Shown piece after piece: positions 46,107 to 54,703 of a stretch of 64,000 nucleotides of DNA. This DNA comes from Polyangiales bacterium. GTDB taxonomy: Bacteria > Myxococcota_A > Polyangia > Polyangiales > JADJQN01. The position numbers were made by a program, and so were the translations under genes. The notes under the pieces were generated by a model. The model was not told the origin of the DNA. It saw only the letters and a list, made by a program, of their open reading frames with translations, and did no database searches. The stretch is taken from positions 322,345-386,344 of the forward strand of contig CAXNJO010000004.1 in the NCBI GenBank assembly GCA_964202905.1, written 5' to 3'. Position 1 is the stretch's first letter. Each line of letters opens with the position of its first letter.

Positions 46107-47824
46107 CGCCCGCTCCCCTGCGCCGCCGACATGCGCTGCGAGCGGGCCCAGACCGCGAGTTTCTCACGGAAAATCTTGGAGTTGTGCCGGATGTCCACGG
46201 GAAACGAGGGGTGCACGAGGAAGGTCCCGATCGCGCGGGTGTGCGCGTGCGCCTGCGCGATCGCCGCGAGCTCGCGCCGCAGCGAGCCGAGATCGCGCCG
46301 CTTCGCGCGCGGTTCGAGCTCGACGCAGAGCACGGGCACCGTCTCGTCGCCGCGCGGGACGCCGACGAGCGCCGCGCGGCGCACGTCGGGGTGCTCGTTG
46401 AAGGGCGCCTCGCACGGGTCCGTGAAGAGCGTGCCCGCCCGGGTCACGACGCGGTGGCTCTTTCTCCCGCAGAACCAGAGCCGCCCCTCCGCGTCGCGCC
46501 ACGCGAGGTCCCCCATGCGGTGCAGCGTCTCGCCGTCCGCGCCGCGGATCTTGGCGAGGCGCGTCGCCTCGGGGCGGCCGTAGTACGACTCCGTCACCTG
46601 CGGGCCGCCCACGACCAGCTCGCCGATCGCCTCCCCCTCGACGCGAAGCGCGTCGCTCCACGTCGCGATCGGCGCGTCGCGGATGGCGATGATCTCCACG
46701 CGCACCCCCGCGACGGGGCGCCCGACGCAGACGCCAGCACCCGCGGCCGTGCGCGCCGCCGTCTCCCGCAGGATCTCGTCGTGCGCGATGACCGCGACGG
46801 GCAGCGACTCGGTCGCCCCGTAGGGCGTCACGATGCGCGCCTCGGGCACGAGGAGCGAGGCGAAGCGCTCGATCACGGACGTCGGCACCGGCGCGCCCGC
46901 GGACATCACGCGCCGCAGCGAAGGCAGCCGCTCGCCGCGCGGGGCGGCGTAGCGCCCGACGCGATCGAGGAGCGCGGGCGACCCGAACATCGTGCGCACG
47001 CCGAAGAGGCGGATGGGCTCGAGGATCTCGCGCGGGTCGACCTGCGCGGGCCGCGTGAAGTCCATCGCGGGCAGCACGGTCGTCATGCCGAGCGCCGGAT
47101 CGAAGAGCGCAAACAGCGGAAAAGTGGGCAGATCGAGCTCTCCCGGCTCGATCTGCAGCGCCTCGCGGATCATGCGCACCTGCGCCGCGAAGTTGCCGTG
47201 CGTGTACGCCACGCCCTTCGGGATCCCCGTGCTGCCGCTCGTGAACACGATCGCCGCGAGGTCCTCCGGCGCGACCGACGGCGCGCGCCAGTCGCGGGCT
47301 GCGTCGCCCGCACGCCGCACGGCCTCGAGCGTGTGCCCGCCCCACCCGAGGCGCGGGCCAACGGTCACCGTCGTCGCGATCGTGCCCCGCCCCCAGCCGA
47401 GCACGAGCCGCGCGGCGTGCGCCGCCGGAATGCCGATGAACGCCTCGGGCCGCGCCTCCGCGAGGCACGCGCCGAGACTGCGCGCGCCGATGCCTGGGTC
47501 GACGATGATCGGCACGACGCCCGCGTGGAACAAGCCGAACGCGAGCGCGAAGAAATCCGGGCTCGGCTTCACCATCAGGGCGCAGCGCGTGCCACGTCCG
47601 ATCCCGATCGACGCGAGCCCCGCCGCGATCCGCCGCGCGTCCGCCGCGAGCCCGCGGTAGGTGAGCACGTCGTAGCGCGCGCGCCCGGCCGAGCGCGGCC
47701 CGCGCGGGTAGTGGATGGCCGTCGCGTCGGGCCGCTGCGCCGCCATGCGGAAGAGCGCGCCGGCGATGTTCGGGTCCTCGACCGCGCCCTCCCCCGCCTC
47801 GCCCGGCCGGACCGGCGTGCTCAC
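46103..47824 (-). CDS. oleC: AMP-dependent synthetase/ligase family, OleC (beta-lactone synthetase)
   Basis: FTSGSTGIPKGV AMP-binding motif, YGATE, and the RLWFCGRKSHRV C-terminus. The GTG start at 47824 overlaps the oleB stop (GTGA). The track ORF has an artefactual upstream extension. Confidence 0.75.
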   Translation of the reverse strand: MSTPVRPGEAGEGAVEDPNIAGALFRMAAQRPDATAIHYPRGPRSAGRARYDVLTYRGLAADARRIAAGLASIGIGRGTRCALMVKPSPDFFALAFGLFHAGVVPIIVDPGIGARSLGACLAEARPEAFIGIPAAHAARLVLGWGRGTIATTVTVGPRLGWGGHTLEAVRRAGDAARDWRAPSVAPEDLAAIVFTSGSTGIPKGVAYTHGNFAAQVRMIREALQIEPGELDLPTFPLFALFDPALGMTTVLPAMDFTRPAQVDPREILEPIRLFGVRTMFGSPALLDRVGRYAAPRGERLPSLRRVMSAGAPVPTSVIERFASLLVPEARIVTPYGATESLPVAVIAHDEILRETAARTAAGAGVCVGRPVAGVRVEIIAIRDAPIATWSDALRVEGEAIGELVVGGPQVTESYYGRPEATRLAKIRGADGETLHRMGDLAWRDAEGRLWFCGRKSHRVVTRAGTLFTDPCEAPFNEHPDVRRAALVGVPRGDETVPVLCVELEPRAKRRDLGSLRRELAAIAQAHAHTRAIGTFLVHPSFPVDIRHNSKIFREKLAVWARSQRMSAAQGSGR

Positions 47825-48759
47825 GGGTTCGCCGCGAGGAAACGCTGCACGCGCGGCACGATGCGGTCCGCCGCGTCCTCGAGCACGTAGTGCCCGGCGT
47901 CCCTGTAGTACTCGACCTCGGCGCGCGGGTAGATCCGCCGCCACTCCGTGAGGAAATGGTCGTCGAAGACGAAGTCCTGCGCGCCCCAGCAGACGAGGAT
48001 GGGCTTCTCTGCGAGCGTCCCGAGTTTCGCGGCCGTCTCGCTCACCGTCGCGTGGGCGCGGTCGGCAGGCACGAGCGGGATGTCCTGCACGAAGCGCAGC
48101 GTCGCGATGCGGTTGGCGGGGGTGTCGTACGGCGCGGTGAGCGCGCGGGCGACCTCGGGCGCGAGCGGACGCGCGACGCCGAAATACGCGGCCCCGCGGC
48201 TGAAGGCGTTGAAGCGCTCGACGAGCAGGGACCCGAGCGACGTGTCGCGCGCCAGGCGCAGACGACCGGGCAGCGCCTTGCTCTTCGGCAGGTGGAAGGC
48301 GGCGGTGTTGAGCAGGACGATCCGCGCGATGCGCTCCGGGCGGCGCACCGCGGCCCCGAGGCCGATCATCCCGCCCCAGTCGTGCACGACGAGCGTGACG
48401 CCCTGCGTCGCGCCGACCGCGTCGAGCCAGCCCTCGAGGTCGTCGATCCGCGTACGCAGCGTGTACGCGTAGCGGTCGTCGCCCGGCTTGTCGGAGAAAC
48501 CGCACCCGATGTGGTCGGGCACGAGCACGCGGTTCGTCTCGCGCAGCGCACGCGCGAGCGCCCGGTAGTAGAATGACCAGCTCGGGTTTCCGTGCACCAT
48601 CACGACGGGTGGCGCGTCGCGCGGCCCCTCGTCGAGGTAGTGCATCGCGATTCCGTCGCCGCGGTCGTGCCAATGCGACGCGAACGGATAGAGCGACGCC
48701 GGGACGTTCGCGGCGCTGGCGGGACGAGAGCGCTCGCTCGGGCGCGCGGCGGTCACCAC
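47821..48759 (-). CDS. oleB: alpha/beta hydrolase, OleB (beta-lactone decarboxylase)
   Basis: LYPFASHWHDRGDGIAMHYLDEGP, HGNPSWSFYYR, HDWGG nucleophile elbow. The GTG start overlaps the oleA end. Confidence 0.75.
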   Translation of the reverse strand: MVTAARPSERSRPASAANVPASLYPFASHWHDRGDGIAMHYLDEGPRDAPPVVMVHGNPSWSFYYRALARALRETNRVLVPDHIGCGFSDKPGDDRYAYTLRTRIDDLEGWLDAVGATQGVTLVVHDWGGMIGLGAAVRRPERIARIVLLNTAAFHLPKSKALPGRLRLARDTSLGSLLVERFNAFSRGAAYFGVARPLAPEVARALTAPYDTPANRIATLRFVQDIPLVPADRAHATVSETAAKLGTLAEKPILVCWGAQDFVFDDHFLTEWRRIYPRAEVEYYRDAGHYVLEDAADRIVPRVQRFLAANP

Positions 48760-49772
48760 ACCACCTCCATCATCGCGCAGTTGAGCCCGCTCCCGATGCC
48801 CATGAGCGCGACGCGCTGCCCCGCGTGCAGCCGCCCCGCGTCGGCGCTCTTCTTCAGGACCGTGGGCACGCCTGCGGGCCCGATGTTCCCGTAGGTCGGG
48901 TAAATCTTGTAGAAACGCTCGAGATCCGCGCCGAACGACTCCGCGAGTTGCGCCGTGTGCACCGCGCTCACCTGGTGCACGACGTACTCGCCGATCGTCG
49001 CATTCGACCAGCCGAGATGCGCCTGCGCGCGCTGCCACGTCGACCACGCGAGCTCGAGGCCGGCCATCAGCAGCGTGCTGCCGTCGGTGCGCATCTCCTC
49101 GTTGCTGCCGATGCAGAGTTGGTTGTGCTCGGAGGCCGCGAGCGAGACCCCGCCGACGACGCGGTGCGACTGGGTACGCGCTTTGCGCGTGTGGCCGAGC
49201 ACCATCGCGACGCCGCCCGAGCCGAGGGTGAGCGTCGCGTATTGCTCGCGGTAGCGGTCCTTCGTGATCGAGGGGTGCTTGAGGCGCTCGAGCGTCGCCT
49301 CGATCGGCGTGCGGCTCTGCTCGCCATCCACGATCAACGCGTAATCGACCTGCCCAAGCTCGATCATGTTGCCGGCGACCTGCATCGCGTTGACGAAGCC
49401 GAGACACGCATTGCGCAGGTCGAAGCTCAGGCAGGTCGAGGGCAGCCGCAGGTTCCCGTGCACGATCGCGGCCGTCGACGGCTCGAGGAAGTCCATGCAG
49501 ACGGACGTGTTGATGAGCACGCCGACGCTGCCGCGGTCGATGCCGGCGTCGGCGAGCGCGAGCTCGGCCGCCATCGTCGCGGCCGTCGACGGCGCGGTGC
49601 CGCGGGGCCAGAAGCGACGCTCGAGGATCCCGGTGAGCAGGGAGAGCATCTTCGGGTTGATGGCGAGGCGCTCAGCGACGGGTCGGAGTTCGTCCTCGAT
49701 GGACGCGGAGGTGACGACGTCGGGCGCATCGACCACGCCGAGCCCCTGGATGCTCACGTTCTCGAACTTCAT
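48753..49772 (-). CDS. oleA: FabH-like thiolase, OleA
   Basis: Start at MKFENVSIQGLGVV (cat 49770-49772). Thiolase fold with INTSVCMDF. It is co-located with oleBCD. Confidence 0.7.
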   Translation of the reverse strand: MKFENVSIQGLGVVDAPDVVTSASIEDELRPVAERLAINPKMLSLLTGILERRFWPRGTAPSTAATMAAELALADAGIDRGSVGVLINTSVCMDFLEPSTAAIVHGNLRLPSTCLSFDLRNACLGFVNAMQVAGNMIELGQVDYALIVDGEQSRTPIEATLERLKHPSITKDRYREQYATLTLGSGGVAMVLGHTRKARTQSHRVVGGVSLAASEHNQLCIGSNEEMRTDGSTLLMAGLELAWSTWQRAQAHLGWSNATIGEYVVHQVSAVHTAQLAESFGADLERFYKIYPTYGNIGPAGVPTVLKKSADAGRLHAGQRVALMGIGSGLNCAMMEVVW

Positions 49773-50036
49773 GGCCGCGCGACCATGGCGGCAAAGCCCC
49801 CCCCACGCAAAGCCCCGCCCCGGCGTGCCGACGGAAAGAAGCGAGCCCGACGGGAGGGCGATCCCGTCGGGCTCCGTGCCTGGGCGGTCGTGCCAGGCGC
49901 ACGCCCCACGCGCCGCCGGGCGAGGCGGTCTGCGGGGAGCACGCCGGCCCCGGGGAGGAGCGTGGCAGGCGTGCAAAGTGGGAGGCGCGCGTCCGGGGGC
50001 GGCCGGGCGGCCGCATCGCGCGCGGACGCGGCGGGC

Positions 50037-50207
50037 TCAGCCGAAGTCGAGCTCTTCGGGCTCCTTGTCGAACGTGTAGTCGTGCTCGGCCTCGAACTTC
50101 GCCTCTTGCATGAGGTCGTCGAGGGACCAGCCGAGCTTCTCGCCGGGGCGGATCTCTTCGCGCTGGAACTCTTCGAGGGAACCGTAGTGCTTCGGGCCAT
50201 TGCGCAT
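50037..50207 (-). CDS. small hypothetical protein (56 aa), below the ORF-track size cutoff
   Basis: MRNGPKHYGSLEEFQREEIRPGEKLGWSLDDLMQEAKFEAEHDYTFDKEPEELDFG. AAGGAG lies 8 nt upstream of the ATG. Codon usage differs from the surroundings (AAG, TTC, GAA rich). Confidence 0.4.
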   Translation of the reverse strand: MRNGPKHYGSLEEFQREEIRPGEKLGWSLDDLMQEAKFEAEHDYTFDKEPEELDFG

Positions 50208-50392
50208 CGAGGAGACTCCTTCAGTCCGTGTCGTGTCGCTGCTTACTAGCGACTACGTTGTCCTACATCTGGAGACACCATACGACCTAGACTCACTTCC
50301 TCCAAAAATGCGGCGACGATTTCACGCGCGCCCGCCGCGCACGCGCGCCGCGGTCCCGCGCGGCCGCGCGGCCGTGCTAAGAACGGCGCGCC

Positions 50393-51157
<765 letters not shown>

Positions 51158-51170
51158 AGACGGTGAACCC

Positions 51171-52031
51171 TTGACCCAGCCTCCGAAGAAGCCGCGCCTC
51201 GGGGGCGGCCTCGACGCCCTCATCCCTGCGAAGCCCCGCGCGACGACGTCGTCGATGGGCTTCAACGCGCCCATCGAGGAAGTTCACGCGAACCGCGGGC
51301 AGCCGCGCACCCGCTTCGACGAGGCCGCGCTCGACGAGCTCGCGCAAAGCATCCGCGAGTTCGGCGTCCTCGAGCCCATCCTCGTCCGCAAACGCGCCGC
51401 GGGCGGCTACGAGATCATCGCGGGCGAGCGCCGCTGGCGCGCCGCGCAGCGCGCGGGTTTGCGCGAGGTGCCCGTCTTCCTCCGCGAGCTCGGCAACGCG
51501 GAGGCCTTCGAGGCCGCGCTCGTCGAGAACCTCCAGCGCGAGGACCTCAACCCGCTCGAGACGGCGCGCGCCTTCCAGCGGCTCATCGACGAGCACGGCC
51601 ACACCCAGGAGACCGTCGCCAAGCGCGTCGGCAAGGACCGCAGCAGCGTCGCGAACGTGCTGCGCCTCCTGAAGCTCCCCGAGAGCGTCCTCGACCGCAT
51701 CGGGGCCGGCCTCCTCAGCGAGGGTCATGGTCGCGCGCTGCTCGTCGCGGGCCATGCCAAGGCGATTGAGAAGCTCGCCGAGGCCGCGGTCGCGCGGCAG
51801 TGGAGCGTCCGCGAGACCGAGCGCCGCGCCCGCGAGGCCGCGGACGCCAAGCCGCAGGGCCCCGCCGCCCCGAAGAAGAGCGCGAACCTCCGTGACCTCG
51901 AGGAGCGCCTCTCTCGCGCGCTCGGGACGCGCACCCGCGTCGACGACGACGGCAACGGCCGGGGCTCGATCACGGTGCCCTACTCCTCGCTCGACGAACT
52001 CGATCGCCTCATCGAGCGCTTCCTCGGCTGA
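51171..52031 (+). CDS. parB: chromosome partitioning protein ParB/Spo0J
   Basis: GERRWRAAQRAGL ParB box. HTH QETVAKRVGKDRSSVANVLRLL. Apparent TTG start. Confidence 0.85.
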   Translation: MTQPPKKPRLGGGLDALIPAKPRATTSSMGFNAPIEEVHANRGQPRTRFDEAALDELAQSIREFGVLEPILVRKRAAGGYEIIAGERRWRAAQRAGLREVPVFLRELGNAEAFEAALVENLQREDLNPLETARAFQRLIDEHGHTQETVAKRVGKDRSSVANVLRLLKLPESVLDRIGAGLLSEGHGRALLVAGHAKAIEKLAEAAVARQWSVRETERRAREAADAKPQGPAAPKKSANLRDLEERLSRALGTRTRVDDDGNGRGSITVPYSSLDELDRLIERFLG

Positions 52032-52129
52032 GCGGCCCGCACCGCACCTCCCGCCCGTCCCGCCCGCACCACGCGCCGGCCGCGACTGAATCGCGATTCA
52101 GCGCGTTGCGCGCCCGAGCAGGCTGCGAC

Positions 52130-52987
52130 TCAGCGGGCCGCGCGCGAGAAGGCCGCGTCGACGGTGTTGCGCAGGAGCATCGCGATGGTCATCGCGCCGA
52201 CGCCGCCCGGCACGGGCGTGAGCCAGCCGGCCTTCTCGCGCACGGCGTCGAAGTCGACGTCGCCGCAGAGCTTGCCGTCCGCGCCGCGGTTGATGCCGAC
52301 GTCGATGACGACGGCCCCCTCCTTCACCCAGTCGGCCCGGACGAGGCGCGGCTGCCCAACTGCCGCGATGAGCACGTCCGCGCGCGCGCACTCCGCCGCG
52401 AGATCCACGGTGCGCGAGTGCGCGACCGTGACGGTCGCGTGCGCCTCGAGGAGCATGAGCGCGACGGGCTTGCCGACGAGGTTCGACCGGCCGAGCACCA
52501 GCGCGCGCTTGCCGCGCAGATCGACGCCCGCCTCCTGCAGCATCCGCATGCAGCCGCTCGGCGTGCAGGGACGGAGGCCGCGCCCGCCCGTCGCGAGGAG
52601 CCCCGCGTTCACGGGGTGCAGGCCATCGACGTCCTTGCTCGGGTCGATCGCGTCGACCACCGCGGCAGCATCGAGCCCGGCAGGCAGCGGGAGCTGCACG
52701 AGGATCCCGTCGACGTCCGCGTCCGCGGAGAGGCCGCGCACGCAGTCGAGCAGCGCCGCTTGGGTCGTGTCCGCGGGGAGGCGGAGCACGCTGCCGCGCA
52801 GGCCGGCCTCGTGCGCCGCCTTTTCTTTGTTGCGGACGTAGACCTGGCTGGCCGGGTCCTCGCCGACGAGCACGACCTCGAGGCGCGGCGTGCGCCCGTG
52901 CACAACGGCGAAGGCCTCGGCGTCGCGCTTCACCTCTGCGCGGACGTGCGCGGCGATCTCCTTACCGTCGAGGATGCGGGCGGTCAT
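52130..52987 (-). CDS. folD: bifunctional methylenetetrahydrofolate dehydrogenase / methenyl-THF cyclohydrolase
   Basis: YVRNKEKAAHEAG, DGILVQLPLP, GRSNLVGKPVA. Confidence 0.9.
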   Translation of the reverse strand: MTARILDGKEIAAHVRAEVKRDAEAFAVVHGRTPRLEVVLVGEDPASQVYVRNKEKAAHEAGLRGSVLRLPADTTQAALLDCVRGLSADADVDGILVQLPLPAGLDAAAVVDAIDPSKDVDGLHPVNAGLLATGGRGLRPCTPSGCMRMLQEAGVDLRGKRALVLGRSNLVGKPVALMLLEAHATVTVAHSRTVDLAAECARADVLIAAVGQPRLVRADWVKEGAVVIDVGINRGADGKLCGDVDFDAVREKAGWLTPVPGGVGAMTIAMLLRNTVDAAFSRAAR

Positions 52988-53041
52988 CGTCGCGTTCTCC
53001 GTGGGTGCGGGGTGCGTGTCTCAGGGTCGAACAAGAGCGGC

Positions 53042-54001
53042 TCAGGCGGACGCAGCGGGCGGCGCCGCGAGGCGATCACGCGCGTGGCGCGCGAGACGCA
53101 CGTAGAGCACGCCGGTCCCGAGGACGACGGCCGCGCTGATGAGCTGCGAGGTCGAGAGGCCGAGCCACGCGCCGCGGTCGTCGGCGCGGAGGTACTCGAG
53201 CGAGAAGCGCAGCAGCGAGTAACCCGCGAGGAACGCACAGAACACCTGCCCGTCGAAGCGCTTGCGCGGGTGAAGGACGAGCATGAGCGTCGCGGCGAGC
53301 GCGAGGCAGCCGAGCGCCTCGTAGAGCTGCGTGGGGTGCACGGGGAGCGAAGGCAGGCCGGCGCTCGCGAGCTGGTGGAGCCGGAACTGCGCGTCGCTCG
53401 CAGGCGACCACGCGGGGAACGAGAGGCCGAGCGGCCCGTCCGTCGGCAGGCCGAAGCAACAGCCCCCGAGGAAGCACCCCATGCGCCCGAAGAAGAGCCC
53501 GAGCGCGATCCCCATCGCCGCGCCGTCCGTGCCCTTCAGCACCGGGAACCCCTCGCGCCGGAGGAAATGCACGCCGTACGCCGCCGCCGCGATGAGCCCG
53601 CCGTAGTAGGTGAGGCCGCCGCGCCAGAACGCCGCCCAGGCGAGGCAGCCGTCGAGGGTGAAGGCGCCGTGCGCCGGGCGGCACACCCCGGCGGCAGCGT
53701 CCCAGACGCCCTCGATGGCGCGGCACTCCGCGGTGTCCACGCGCCACGCGACGAGGCGCGGGTCGGTGCAGAGGTGCACGTAGTCGAGGAGGTAGCCGTC
53801 CGCGAGCACGTGCAGCACACGCGCGCCCGCGACACCCGCGATGAGCGAGAACAGCCCGAGGTCGAGCATGACCTCGTGATCCTGACGGCCCCGCTTCGCC
53901 CAGCGCACCGCGAGCCACGTCGCGAGGCCGAAGCCCGTGATCAACATCGCAAAGTACGACGGGACGGGCTGGCCGAAGACGCTGAACAGCGGCGTGTGCA
54001 C
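53042..54001 (-). CDS. lgt: prolipoprotein diacylglyceryl transferase
   Basis: GLFFGRMGCFLGGCCFG Lgt signature. HPTQLYEALG. Confidence 0.85.
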   Translation of the reverse strand: MHTPLFSVFGQPVPSYFAMLITGFGLATWLAVRWAKRGRQDHEVMLDLGLFSLIAGVAGARVLHVLADGYLLDYVHLCTDPRLVAWRVDTAECRAIEGVWDAAAGVCRPAHGAFTLDGCLAWAAFWRGGLTYYGGLIAAAAYGVHFLRREGFPVLKGTDGAAMGIALGLFFGRMGCFLGGCCFGLPTDGPLGLSFPAWSPASDAQFRLHQLASAGLPSLPVHPTQLYEALGCLALAATLMLVLHPRKRFDGQVFCAFLAGYSLLRFSLEYLRADDRGAWLGLSTSQLISAAVVLGTGVLYVRLARHARDRLAAPPAASA

Positions 54002-54007
54002 GGCGCC

Positions 54008-54703
54008 CTACGCGTCGCCCGACGCGTCGCCCGACACAGACGACGCGCGCCCGTCAGCGGGCGCCGACGCCGGCTCGACGGCCTTCGCGGAGGCATCCGC
54101 AGACGCGCCGGGAGCCTGCGGCTCGGCGAGGCCGTGCGGCTTCTTGTCAGTGGGCGTGAACATCCCCTCGATGAGCAGGAGCGCCACGCCCACGCTGATG
54201 GCGGCGTCGGCCACGTTGAAGGTCGGATATTCCCAGGTGCCGTGGAAGGCGCGGATGAAGTCCACGACGTAGCCGTGCCGGATTCGGTCGTGGATGTTGC
54301 CGACGGCGCCCGAGACGACGAGCGGCACGCACCACGCGAAGAGCGCCCCGCCGCGCCCTTGCAGGAACATCCGCCCGAGCACGACGATCGCGACGAGCGC
54401 CGCGCCGAAGAAGATCGCGAAGCGGGTCTTGTGCCCGAGCGTGTTGCCGAGCCCGAAGGCGGCGCCGCAGTTCTCGGCGTAGCGGAGCTCGAGCCACTCG
54501 GGGACGATCACGACGACGTCCTTGCGGAGCCGCTGGTCCTGCTTGTAGCCGTGTTCGTCGAACACGCAGAGCGGAGCGGGCGTCTGCCGCGCCATGGAGA
54601 GGTGATCGAGCGCCCACTCCTTCGACGCGAGGTCCGCGGCGAGCGAGAGCGCGAACACGAAGAGCGCGACGCCGATGGCGCCGCCGTGGCGGCCGGTCTT
54701 CAC
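54008..54703 (-). CDS. lspA: lipoprotein signal peptidase II with a C-terminal Ala/Ser-rich tail
   Basis: FNVADAAISVGVALLL catalytic Asp region. 4 TM. The start overlaps the ileS stop (ATGA). ileS-lspA synteny. Confidence 0.85.
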   Translation of the reverse strand: MKTGRHGGAIGVALFVFALSLAADLASKEWALDHLSMARQTPAPLCVFDEHGYKQDQRLRKDVVVIVPEWLELRYAENCGAAFGLGNTLGHKTRFAIFFGAALVAIVVLGRMFLQGRGGALFAWCVPLVVSGAVGNIHDRIRHGYVVDFIRAFHGTWEYPTFNVADAAISVGVALLLIEGMFTPTDKKPHGLAEPQAPGASADASAKAVEPASAPADGRASSVSGDASGDA

